In this document: piece by piece, positions 1 through 11,405 of the stretch | Layout of the letters: the number at the start of each line of letters is the position of its first letter | How positions within the stretch are numbered: position 1 is the stretch's first letter | From: Felis catus | Lineage: Eukaryota | Length of the DNA: 64,000 nt | Direction: 5' to 3' | NCBI RefSeq assembly: GCF_018350175.1 | Contig: NC_058368.1 | Location: forward strand, 225,682,001-225,746,000 | Program-made: the position numbers and the translations under genes | The notes under the pieces: generated by a model | What the model was told of the DNA's origin: nothing | The model's database searches: none | The model's input: the letters and a program-made list of their open reading frames with translations, nothing else

Positions 1-364
1 CTGTTCAAGGTCAGGAAGATTATATAGGCTGCTTTAGTAACCATGCTTTTGAAAACTCTTCAAAGCACGATAAACTTCTGTTCAATATTTATTAACTGCT
101 TTTGGGAATCTGATGTAGCGAGCACAGCGAATAAAGATTGAGAGGCGTGGCATCTTTTTAAATTATTTTTATTTATTTATTTTTTGGTTAATGAGTAAGG
201 TGGACAGGAGCCCTATTGTAAGACTCTCTCAGTCATTATAGGGGTGGGAATGATGTGTTATTAGTGTAACATAATCGACCTAGCAAGCTTTTCTGCAATC
301 TCTGATTTTCTAAAGTTGAAGAAGGGTTATTGGAAGTAGGATTTGTTTGTTTTAATTAAAAAAA

Positions 365-389
365 ATCTTTTTTAATGTTTCTATTTATT

Positions 390-428
<39 letters not shown>

Positions 429-1095
429 GAGCTTGAGTAGGGGAGGGGCAGAGAGAGAGGGAGACACAGAATCTGAAGCAGGCTCCAGGCTCTGAGTTGA
501 CTGCAGAGAGCCGGATGCAGGGCTCAAACTTGTGAACAAAGACAAGGTCAGGATCCATTAAAAAAATACGAGAAAAAGTAGAACTCTTTAATTTTAGAAT
601 ATTATACTACTCACTTGGAGAAACAGTCTACCCGAAGGGGTGGGAGATTAACTCCTATAAGATAGAAAGCTAAAATTTTTTTTCTATTAAGCTGCTAACA
701 GCAGTAAGGCACTTGTTGGTATGACGCTCAGATCTTGTCTGATTTTTCTGTGCTCCGAGGACCTAGATCGTTGGGCCTAGGGCTCTCCGCCATGTTGCAT
801 TCTAAGCAGATTGGAGCCAAAGCGAGGCCTGCGTTGGTTGAGTCCAGAGAGGGACAGGTGCATTGCATGATGTTACCCGTATGGTTGCCCTCAGTCTATG
901 GAAAGTTGTTTGTTTGTTTGTTTTAATGTTTGTTTATTTTTGAGAGAGAGTGGGGGAGAGGAGCAGAGAGAGAGTGAGAATGTGAAACAGGCTCCAGGCT
1001 CCAAGCTGTCATCACAGGGCTTGGACTCCCTAACTGTGAGATCATGACCTGAGCCAAAGTCCGATGCTTCACCGACTTAGCCACCCAGGCGCCCC
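365..1095 (-). mobile_element. Two minus-strand carnivore SINEs (about 365-545 truncated; about 905-1095)
   Basis: Reverse-complement SINEC_Fc hallmarks: tttatttttgagagagag...gaagcaggctccaggct...ccacccaggcgcccc. Confidence 0.85.
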
Positions 1096-2070
1096 TGGAA
1101 GGTCCTTAATAAATACATTTGACGGATTAAGAAATAATGTCCGCTTTTACCTCATCTTCAAGACATTATGACCCTGTCAAGTGGTTAGTTATTAATACCT
1201 TGAGTAATTTAAGTATTTCCAAAATAGGGAGGGAAGGGCTCATTCTAGAAATAAATTGTAGCCAGTGTTCAGAGGCATCCACACGAGTTACCTAGTTGTA
1301 TTTGGTATTTGTTATTAAAGCAAAAGTCGTCATTATGAAGTACGTTATCCCAGGTGGGCCTGTTCCATGGGGTGTAGCTCAGTGCATTCCGAGTGTGTCT
1401 GTGCACTGTTGTGTACCGACTCTTCTGGAACATCCGGCCATGGCAGGTACCCAGGGAAGAAGAAATGCAAGTGTAGGTGTAACCGTGAGTGGGTCGGAGA
1501 ACACTGCACGGTCTGTTCGTCATCTGAGGCTCATAAGGATGTCATCAGCCTCTCACCACCTGTGTTAATGGGACCACAGTGACCAAAGATGGATGTGCTC
1601 ACAGTTTGCTATTTCATTTTCCGAAATTTTCTCTCTTCACTAGCCATGTCGATGTATGTGGCTGAACTCACAGCGTGGTGAACCAGTTTCTGATCTACGT
1701 TCCCCTTGAAGTTGTGATGATTGCATCATCTGTATTTAGACCAAGTCAGCACCTGCAGGTTGGTCCCTGAGGCCTCTCCTAATGCTGACATCCTCAGATG
1801 TCTCTGTATTCCCGGAAGATGGGATGCTCCTGGGATGTAGGGCCCATTTTCTGCTTAGACTCCATCCCCATCTTTTCCCTGAAGAAGTTTGCAGCGTATT
1901 CCTTTGAGAATTGTACCCTATGAAAATACGCCCCCGATTTTATAACACTTCGGTAGGAAAATGATGTGTACACGTTTTTTGTTGTTGTTTTTAAGATCTT
2001 CTTTTTAAGCAATCTCTGTATCCATTGTGGGGCTTGAACTCCCAGCCCCGAGATCAAGAGTCGCAAGCTC

Positions 2071-2290
2071 GGGGCGCCTGGGTGGCTCAGTCGGTTAAGC
2101 GTCTGGCTTCAGCTCAGGTCATGATCTCGCAGTTTGTGGGTTCAAGCCCTGCTTCGGGCTCCATGCTGATAGCTCAGAGCCTGGAGCCTGCTTCCGATTC
2201 TGTCTCCCCCTCTCTCTGCCCTTCCCATGCTCATCTTCTGTCTCTCTATCTCTCTCTCAATAATAAATAAACTTTTTTTTTTTTTTTAAA
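2071..2290 (+). mobile_element. SINEC_Fc-type SINE nested in an older short minus-strand SINE (about 1985-2330)
   Basis: ggggcgcctgggtggctcagtcggttaagcg head, CT tract and A-rich tail. Confidence 0.88.
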
Positions 2291-3084
2291 GGCATCGTAA
2301 ACTCTATGGACCAAACCAGGCAGGTGTCCCTGTTGTGTACAATTTTGATTCATATACTAGTTTTTGGGAATGCTAAGCTCTTTGAGACTTAATTTTCTAA
2401 CTCTTTGATTTAAGGAAGTATTAAAACGAGCTTGACCAGGTCATGGAGACTTGCTCACTGTAGTTTCCTCATCTACAAAATAGAATCCTCTACCCTTCTA
2501 ATCACCCTGACCCCCCAGTAGAGAAGTATCTTCTCCCTGAAGTACCAGCCGGCCCCCGCCAAACCCCTTGGGCCCGTGGGTGGCAGGCCGGGTTCCCACT
2601 CTGCCTGACTTCTCAGGGCTCCTCTGCTGGTTTCTGAGAGATCTCTCAAATGCAGAGAAACACTAGGCCTTTGAGGATGCACCGATCATGAACTCACTGC
2701 ATTTTCTGCAGTAAGCACAGACTGAGTGTCCTTGAACTGCAGACAGGCAGCTATTTCCAAGTCTGCTTTCATACTTCTTAGGATCTTTATGCAATATTTA
2801 CAGAATTATGAAGGGCGAGGTAATGTTCAGGGTAATCAGATGCATTAACTTCTAAATGCATTTATTTCTGGCTCCAGTTGTGAAGCGTCTCCCCTGCCCT
2901 GGGTCCCTGTTGATCAGCACCTCGCTTGCCCTTTATTTCGATCTGAAGCTGCAGAAGGTCAGGCTTACTTGTAATGGGATTTAGGGGAGGTCTTACTTAG
3001 CACGCTCTGCTATCAGTCATTTGTTTTGTCTAGGAATTCTGAAATCTTATTTTTTAAGATTGTAGGGGCCAAAAATTTTTCTGA

Positions 3085-3690
3085 TTTTTTTTTTTTTTTT
3101 TTAATAATTGAACCACCTGAAACTAAATACATTCGATCCTGTCTCGGGTTTTTTTGTATATTCGTGGATAAGTGCAACCATCACTGCTGTGTTAGAACTT
3201 TTCCATCACCTCACAAGGAAACCTCCTACCATTGGCTATCCCCTCCCTCTGCTCCCCCTGCCCCCCCTGCTCCCCCTGCCCCCCCCTTGCCCCCACCGTT
3301 TCCACCAGCCCTAAACACCCTCTATTCTGTCTCTGCAGAGTTACCTTTCTGGACATGTCACATGAATGGAATCCAATAATGTGCACATGGTCTCTTGTGA
3401 CTGGCTTCTTCCGCTTAGTATAAAGTTCTAATGTTTCACATAGCCCATATTGGGGCTTCATTCCTTTTTGTGGCCAAATAATATGCCATTGTGTGAATAG
3501 ATGTACTATATTGTGTTTATCCATTCACTTGGGGTTTGTTTTAATATTTTTTAAAGTAATCTACACCCTATGTGGGGCTCAAATTCACAACCCCAAGATC
3601 AAGAGTCGCATGCTGTACCAACTGAGCCAGCCAAGCACCCTTATCCATTCATTTGTTGATGGACATTTAGGTTGTTTCTACTTTAAAGTA
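3085..3690 (-). mobile_element. Old L1 (L1MB-like) 3' fragment with a short SINE inserted near 3545-3640
   Basis: Typical antisense L1M 3'UTR phrases such as ggcttcttccgcttag and gttgatggacatttaggttgtttc. Confidence 0.65.
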
Positions 3691-4026
3691 TCCTTCCAGT
3701 AGCTTCGCACTTGGGTCTCCCTGTTTCTCTTTCCCTTCTTCGCTCTATTCCATGCAGGACTTACAGATTCTACTCGATATCTGGGTTTTTTACCTTGTAA
3801 AAAAATATATATACTATTCATTAAATATCTTCAAAAACCTATAGCCACGTAGAAGAATAGTCATATTGTATATATGTGGCTATTTCCTTCTTTCAGCGCA
3901 GCCTAACTTTTTCATTCTCTCTTTTCTTAGCAGTCTTTCTTCCCGGCACCCGTAAGCCGCCTACTAGGTAACGAGCTAGCATGTGTCTTCCTGTGCTCTC
4001 CTGCACGTGTGGTATCTAGACTTAGG

Positions 4027-4485
4027 CAGGAATACCTCAGAGATACTGCAGTTTTGGTTCCAGACCACCGCAGTCAAGTGAACGTCACAAAAACCGAACC
4101 AAATGAATTTTTTGGTGTCCCAATGCATAGAAAAGTTAGGTTTATACTATACTGTAGTCTATTGAGTGTGCAATAAAGAAAAGGGAAATAGACAAATGGG
4201 GGGGGGGGAGTGTATTTATCTTAATTTAAAAATGCCTTACTGCTAAAAAAGAAAAAAATGCAAAGCATCATCTGAGCTCGGAGCAAGTCATAATCATCGC
4301 AACGAAAAAGTTTGAAATATCGCGAGAATTCCCAAAACGGGCCCCAGAGACAAAGTGAGCAAATACTATTGGAAAAAGGGTGCCGACAGATTTGATACAG
4401 CTTTGCCACAAGCCTTCAATTTGTTTAAAAAAACACACACACACAACACAGTACCTGTGAAGCAGGATAAAGTGAGGTGTGCCTG
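4027..4485 (-). mobile_element. Internally deleted Tigger1-type (TcMar-Tigger) DNA transposon / MITE
   Basis: Terminal inverted repeats CAGGAATACCTC (4027-4038) and GAGGTGTGCCTG (4474-4485). Both ends resemble the recalled Tigger1 termini. Confidence 0.8.
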
Positions 4486-5189
4486 CGTAATCGTGGGCAC
4501 CTAATAAATAGGGGGTTTGTTTTTTTTGGTTTTGGGTTGTTTTTTGTTGTGGTGGTGAGGTCGTCGTATACATACTTCTCTGCATCGCTTCTCAACCTTG
4601 CAAAAAGGACAGAGAGTCAACTGGTACATCTGTCATTGGGTCTTGTATCTAATGGCTGCATGCTATTTCCTGATGTGCACGAAACATAACTTGGCGATCC
4701 GTCTGGTCCTGTTTCCGGTTTTGCCGCTGCCCGCGAAGGGATCCTTCTACACCTGGGTCTGACCGCATTCATCTCGTGCTCTAAGCCTCCACTGGCCCCT
4801 TATCTTAAAAACCATTGCCATTGACGTTGGACGCAGGAAGCACAGCAGCCCGGCTCCACTGCGCCCCTCTCTGTCCCAGTCTGCCTACTGGCCATGCCGG
4901 CTTCTCTTTCTGCCTCTTAGCTATGGTTCTGCCTCGTGTGAGGACCGCCCCTTCCCCTGCAGCGGTGAATAGAAGCTGTCTGAGCCCAAACTCCGGGTCA
5001 GACCTGGGTTCCAATTATGTGCCACCTGTAGCCCCTCATGCTTTTCTTTCTTCTGTGTTCCCAAGGAACTTAATTTCAATTTTTGATATGGTTTCATATT
5101 AAGCTTTCTATTATATGAGGAGTTGAGGATTGGTGTACATAGCACCCTTCCAAGTTTAAGGGTCCTGGGAAGCAGAATCCAGGCCCTGT

Positions 5190-6044
5190 GAGGCTATGTG
5201 TGTGTGGACAGGGGCCTAAGAGAAGTCTCTGTAACTTCCTCTCAATTGCTATGAACCTAAAACTACTTTTTTTTTTTAATATTCATTTATTTTTGAAAGA
5301 GAGAGAGCGTTGGTGAGGGGCAGAGAGAGGGGGACAGAGGATCTGAAGCAGGCTCTGCTGACAGCAGTGAGCCCCGTGTGGGGCTTGAACTCACGAACTG
5401 TGAGATCATGACCTGAGCCAAACTCAGACACTCAACCAACGGAGCAAGCCAGGCACCCCGTAGAACTGCTTTTTTAAAAATCAAATGATAGTTTTCGAAC
5501 AGAGAGGGGGGGCCAACCATAAGAGACTCTTAACTACAGAGAACAAACTGACGGTCGATGGGGGGGGATGCGGGAGAGAGAGGAGAAGGGCGGATGGGCA
5601 TTGTGGAGGGCATTTGTTGGGATGAGCACTGGGTGTTGTATGTAAGCGATGAATCATGGGAATCTACCCCCGAAACCAAGCGCACACTGTATACGTTGTA
5701 TGTTAGCCGACTTGACGTAAGTTATATTTAAAAAACAATAAGAAAAAAATGATAAAATTAAATGTTTAACAACAGTTACGGAGACAGTGAGAAGATTAGT
5801 GTATGCCCGGGGTTTGGGAGGGGTAGAGATGAGTAGGTGAAGCACAGAGGACTTACAGGGCAGAGAAACTATACTGCGTCATCCTCTAATGGTGGGTGTA
5901 TGTCCTTACACATCAAAACCCTTTGAATGCACAAGACTAAGCCCTGTGATGTAAACTGGGGACCCTAGCTGGTGATGAGGTGTCAGTGCGGATTCATCAG
6001 CTGTAACAAATGCACCACTGTGGTGGGGGATGTTGATTAAAGGG
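5190..6044 (+). mobile_element. Composite: L1MC-like 3'UTR pieces, a minus-strand SINE (5267-5459) and a carnivore L1 3' end (about 5495-5755)
   Basis: L1MC phrases (tgtaacaaatgcaccactgtggtgggggatgttgat) and carnivore L1 phrases (gagactcttaactacagagaacaaactga, gggatgagcactgggtgttgtatg). Confidence 0.7.
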
Positions 6045-6179
6045 AAAAATAAATCATCTAGCCCCACTTTTTTTTTTTTTTTAATCTTCCTCGAGCGTGA
6101 TTCATGGAACCATGCACATAACAGGTGTTTAAAGACCAGCTGGTTTCCTGCTTTATAGCTGTTCCTTCCAAAGCCCATG

Positions 6180-6793
6180 TTACGGGTTGCCATCCAAACT
6201 TCCCCGTTTCCTACTTTGCAGGCAGTCTCTGTCAGCAAGGACTCTGGTTCTGGGAAATTAGTTACCAGCAAAGACCAATGTGCACTGGTGAAGTTTTGAA
6301 AGGAACATGCCTTTAAGTTGTGATTTGTCCAGCCCCCAGCTGTGTCATCTTTGAGCATTAAATTCCCCGGGGAAGGACGCTGAAACTAAAAAGAGAACCA
6401 ACCAGTGGAAATGCAGGCTTACCCCCTCCTCGCAATTGCTGTGTGGGTTGCCCGTGGCGACAATCTGCCTGTGGGTCCCCCCTTCCCTGGTTAAATTACG
6501 AGGAAAGGGGCAGAAACACAATCGCGCTGGGAGCCTGGAAAGAGTGGCCGCTCCTGGTGGCTCCCTCCCTCCCTGGGCTGTATGAAATCCTACAACCACA
6601 CCACACTAATTAGCCCCAGAATGGAAGGGGTTGTCATGGCGACCGAGCACTTTTTAAAGCACAGGAATGGTGTTCATTATTGTTCAGTGTCTTTAGCTGT
6701 GGCGGAAAGGTCAGTGTGGCTGTCGGTTTCCATATGAATTTTGGCCCGAGAGCCAAGCTGAAGGTGGAATGTTCCTCGGAGAGGCTGAAGATG
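6180..6793 (+). promoter_or_regulatory. Candidate internal (headless-Myo10) promoter and alternative first exon
   Basis: Two X-box-like motifs (6447-6461, 6630-6643), TAATTA (6607), ATTGTT (6679), and a consensus donor ATG|gtgagt at 6793/6794. Confidence 0.5.
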
Positions 6794-8585
6794 GTGAGTG
6801 TGGCCGAACTTTCTGGATGGGGCGTCACTTTTGTGATATTTTTTTAGGACGTTCTAGGAACTGGTGCCGAGCTAAGGAATCGTGTGGACTTTGTTAAATG
6901 GGGATGGGAAGACAAGAGGCGAGGAGAAACAGTATGGGTCAGGAGTGGGGAGAGCTTGAGAGAGGGATCGAGAAAAGTCTTTGAGCGTCGCGTGATTAAA
7001 TATTAAATTAGTAGGTGTCTTTGACTACGAATTTAACAAAGTTGACTAAGTCTGATGCATTATTCCGTGCTTTTTAATTTTAGCTCTATGCTAATCTTCG
7101 TGCATTGCAACTGTTCAGATTATATTCCCAAACATATATAACAGAAGCATTTTAACCAAATACTTCCAGAACTGTTGCCTCTCTCCATTCTTGTTTTTTT
7201 TTTTTAACATAACGATAGGTGTAAGAGTAACCAAGGGTAATTTAATTTTGTTTTTGTATTTTTATGTTTTTCTTTTCTAAGAATGTTTAAATAACGAAGA
7301 CGAAAAACTAGTGAGCCACAATTTTTTGGATGTTTGCCCTAACTTATTGGCTGTACTCGGCCAGAATACTGCTGAGTAAAGACAAGTTGACCACATTGTT
7401 TGTAGAAGAAACTAAATTAAATATAAGAGAAGTCAGCCTGCTGGAGATGATGGCAGGCTGTTCCATCAAAAGCCGTAGGGGAGATTTGCAGAACATTCTT
7501 CACATTTATTCTTAGCTAGTTTGGGAAGTGTACAGGATAACATGGCTTTAAGCCTAAATTTGTGTTAATGACTGCCTTTATGGGGATCGCAAACTTAAGT
7601 CACTTTCCTTTCTCTTTTTTTTTTCTTCTTTCTGCACTTTGTAACAATATACTTACATTCTCTGGCCCTGGTTTTCAGTCACTTTGTTCACAGTTGTGTA
7701 GGATAACAAAATACAAATTAATTAAAGGGGACGGCTGTTTAGATTAAAAAACAAGTCACTGCCCAAAAGGCCGTAAGTGGGAAATGGCCTACTTTCGGGT
7801 TTTACTCTGAAAGACTATTGTCCTGTCTTCACTGCCAGTTTGTTTGGTAACTTGAGTGGATAGGAGAATACATTTCAGAACATTAAGTCTTGGTCTGATT
7901 TTTGTGTTTGGTTTGCATTTTCTGGGATTAATTTACCGAGTGAGCATCGTGTAGAACCGTGAATAAATGGAGTATTTGACTAGGTACCGAGAAAATTACA
8001 ATTCTTTTTCATTTTTGTCTCTTTGGTCCACTGGTGCACTCTCTTTCTCCCCACTCCCCACCCCCAACCTCACCCACCCCTCCCTCAGCCCCTCACTGGG
8101 TCACTATAGTCTCTGACGAAAAAAATCCCTTTCAGTGCCTTGAAAATGAAGTTCAAAACGTAAATAAAGTCACATCTGGATGACACTTTAGGTTCTTTGA
8201 AAAGCAGTATGAAACATGGTTGTATGTTTTATGATAGTTAAGACGGAGATTTGCACGTGGATATTAATACCAGGAAGTTATCGGTCTCTGTTAAGATACA
8301 GTGGTGTCGTGGTTATATTAAGAAATGGTATTGACCGTATTTATCGATGACAGGATGTGAAGTCTAGGACTTCAGAGAATTCAAGGGCGGGGAGTAAGGG
8401 CTCGTGGAGGGAGCCGGCAGGATTGACAAGGTGGTGGCCCTTGAAGCCAGGTGATGGGTACCTGGGGGTGGGGTTCACTTTCTAGTCTATTTTTGTGCAG
8501 GTTCCGTGTGTGTGTGTCTGGATCTGTGTGTGCAAAACGGTGACAGGGTGGCCTCGTTAACGCGTCCCCGTCTCGCATGTTTCAG

Positions 8586-8710
8586 ATGCCAGACCAGTTT
8601 GACCAGGCGGTTGTGCTAAACCAGCTGCGATACTCGGGGATGCTGGAGACGGTGAGGATCCGGAAAGCCGGGTATGCGGTCCGAAGGCCCTTCCAGGATT
8701 TTTACAAAAG
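8586..8710 (+). CDS. MYO10: MYO10 coding exon (human exon 20 equivalent); motor domain end, [41 protein letters not shown]
   Basis: tttcag|ATG acceptor. Contains the myosin SH1/SH2 region motif [14 protein letters not shown]. Donor is AG|gcaagg (GC type). Confidence 0.96.
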
Positions 8711-8803
8711 GCAAGGCAGGGCCGAATAGATGCTCTTTCTTTTCCGAGGGGCCGGGAAGAGAGCCGTCGTAGGAAGGTGACGCCGGGCGTGTTTCTGTTG
8801 CAG

Positions 8804-8918
8804 GTATAAAGTGCTGATGAGGAACGTGGCCGTGCCCGAGGACATCCGGGGGAAGTGCACGGCCCTGCTGCAGCTCTACGATTCGTCCAACAGCGAGTGG
8901 CAGCTGGGGAAGACCAAG
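8804..8918 (+). CDS. MYO10: MYO10 exon 21 equivalent; converter region (YKVLMRNV...WQLGKTK)
   Basis: ttgcag|G acceptor and AAG|gtgagg donor. Phase joins to the previous exon. GKTK converter motif. Confidence 0.96.
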
Positions 8919-9769
8919 GTGAGGTCGCAGAGAAAGCACGATCATGCCCCCAAACTCCTGAGCACCTGTTCTGTGCCCCTGCTAACCAACTACGTTTTGA
9001 CTCGGGGGAGATACGCTGCCATACTTCCATCCTCTTGTCCCCCGGATGGTTAATCTTTTATCTGAAGTCCTTGGCTTTCTAGGAACTCCGTTTTCTGGAA
9101 CATCGGCTCCTGAGTGCATAGGCGTGTGTTTTCATTCAGGCAGTCAGTCGGCCAGTTTTGGCCGATGAGCGGTTCAGTGCCATGAGATGCTGGGCTCTGA
9201 CTTCCAGGAACGGAGACCCCAGACCCTGGTAACTGTTGATAATTCCGCTGCTGAATGCTGTCCTGACACCCCAGGAGCTGTCGTGCGGGAGACCAGCCGG
9301 CAGTCTGAAATCCCATCGGGTTGACCCAAATCCGGTCCAGAAAACCAAGAGAAGTCCATTTTCTGAACGTGCTGGTGTGGCTGACGTGGAGCCTTGACCC
9401 CTTATTCCAGACAGGAGCTGAACGGCAGGCAGTTCGGCCCCGATGGCAAAAATTAGCCGCAAAATCAGCGGTGTCACCTGTTCTCCCTGTATCCGGGAAC
9501 TGCCAGAAACCTCATTTGCCTTTCTGCTCCTGTTTCCTCACTCTGCTCGTGGGCCCCATCACACGGGGAAGGCAGAGATGTGACTCGGGGCGCAGAAAGG
9601 CAGGCTGCTGGGGGGTTCGACCTTTGACTATATGCATGTCGTCAAAGGTAAGATGTGGTCCTCCTGTCTGATCGATCTGACCCGAGAGGCTGTGTAGCAC
9701 CAGGAAAGTATGTTAAAGTTTCTACTCCTATACGTTGTTTGTTTTTTTTTTTTTTATGCTCATTAATTT

Positions 9770-10406
9770 TTTTTTAATGTTTATTTTTGGGAGAGGGAGA
9801 GACAGAGCATGAGCAGGGGTGGGACACAGAGACAGGGAGACACAGAACCCCAAAGCAGGCTCCAGGCTCCAGCTGTCAGCACAGAGCCTGATGCAGGGCT
9901 CGAACCCACAAACGGCGAGATCCTGACCTGAACTGGAGTCGGACGCTTAACCCCCTGAGCCACCCAGGCACCTCTTAATGTTCGTTTATTTTTGAGATCG
10001 CAAGCGAGGGAGGGGCAGAGAGAGGGAGGGTGAGAATCTCAGTCAGGCTCCCTGTGGGACAGTGCAGAGCCCTGTGCAGGGCTCAAGCCACAAGATCATT
10101 AACCAAGCCAAAATCAGGAGTCAGACACCAAACTGACTGAGCCACCCAGGTGCCCCCTGTGACATTCTTTTTAGCCAAAAAATCTTTGTTTAAGAAAAGG
10201 GAGGGCACCTGGGTGGCTCAGGTGATTAAACTTCCAGCTTGGGCTCCAGTCGTGATCTCGCAGTTTGTGAGTTTGAGCCCCGCGTCGGGCTCTCTGCTCT
10301 CAGCACAGAGCCTGCATCAGAGTCTCTGTTCCCTTCTCTCTCTCTGCCCCTCCCCCACTTGCGCTGTCTCTCTCTCAAAAATAAACAAACATTAAAAAAA
10401 AAAAAA
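9770..10406. mobile_element. SINE cluster: two minus copies (9770-9973, 9975-10157) and one plus copy (10202-10406)
   Basis: SINEC heads and tails recognisable in each copy. Confidence 0.88.
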
Positions 10407-10432
10407 GGGTGGGAGTGGGGGAAGGAGAATGA

Positions 10433-10745
10433 TTGTCCTGGTCCATTCGGGCTGTTGTAACAAAATACCACTGACTTAAAGAACAGACATTTATTTACCA
10501 CAGCTTTGGAGGCTGGACGTCTGAGAGCAGGGTGCCAGTGAGTTCAGGTTCTGGTGAGGGCCCTCTTCCCGTGTCCTCACATGGAGAGAGCTCTGGCTTC
10601 TCGCCCTCTTCTTACTGGGGCACCAATCCCATCATGGGGCCCCACCCTCCTGACCTCATCCAAACCTACTTACTTCCTAGACGTCCTCCCTCCAAATCCC
10701 ATCGTGTTGGGGGATGGAGAGGGCACAGACATTCAGTCCATAACC
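10433..10745. mobile_element. MLT1A-like ERVL-MaLR solo LTR
   Basis: gctgttgtaacaaaatacca...atttatttaccacagctttggaggctgg...ggtgagggcc...cattcagtccataac. Confidence 0.7.
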
Positions 10746-10889
10746 TCAGCGACAAGTACGGAGGCTTCATCTGGGGACCCTCAGCAAGGGAAAGTGTAGG
10801 ATGGACCTAACTCTTCTACTCTTGAGGAACGTCATCCTTGCCAGGGATTTAAGATCCAAACACCTAACCGGTCAGAGATGGCAGGCAGA

Positions 10890-11405
10890 GGTATTCTGTT
10901 AATTATCTGTTGCCGTGTAACAAACTACCACTAACCCACGTCCATTATCTCACAGTGTCATGGGTCCCACGCCTAGGTGTGGCTCAGCTAGGTCCCCGGT
11001 CGGGGTCTCCCGGGCTGCATTTCCTTCTGGAGCTCGGGTCCTCTTCCCAGCTCACGTGGGGCCACAGTCTAGTTACTTGCGGTTGTAGGACTAAGGTCCC
11101 TGTTCTTGCTGGCTGCCCCCTAGGGCTGCTCTCGCCTCCTAGAAGCCCCCCACAGTTACCATGTGATCCCTCCAGCGCCCTCTGGCAACATGGCAGCTGA
11201 CTTCTTCAAGGCCAGCAGGGGAATCTCGCTGTAGTCTCGTCCGAGGGAGTCTTACATAGTTAACACATTCACAGAAGTGACATCCCATCACCTTTTCCAT
11301 ATTCTGTTTGCTAGAAGGAAGTCTCAGGAGGTTTCACCCACATTTGCAGGATTAAACAGGGGTGTAACTCACTGGGGGTCACCTTAGGATGTGTCCGTCC
11401 TCACA
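10890..11405. mobile_element. MLT1-family LTR
   Basis: tgttgccgtgtaacaaactacca...ttatctcacag...gctagaaggaagtc pattern. Confidence 0.55.

Noticed and set aside
2071..2150. tRNA-like A-box/B-box sequences at SINE heads
   Set aside because: tRNA-derived SINE promoters with no intact cloverleaf, so not tRNA genes.
7771..7778. CC|GTAAGT possible second alternative-first-exon donor
   Set aside because: Poor exonic side and no supporting promoter motifs or acceptor. Cannot be told from chance without transcript data.
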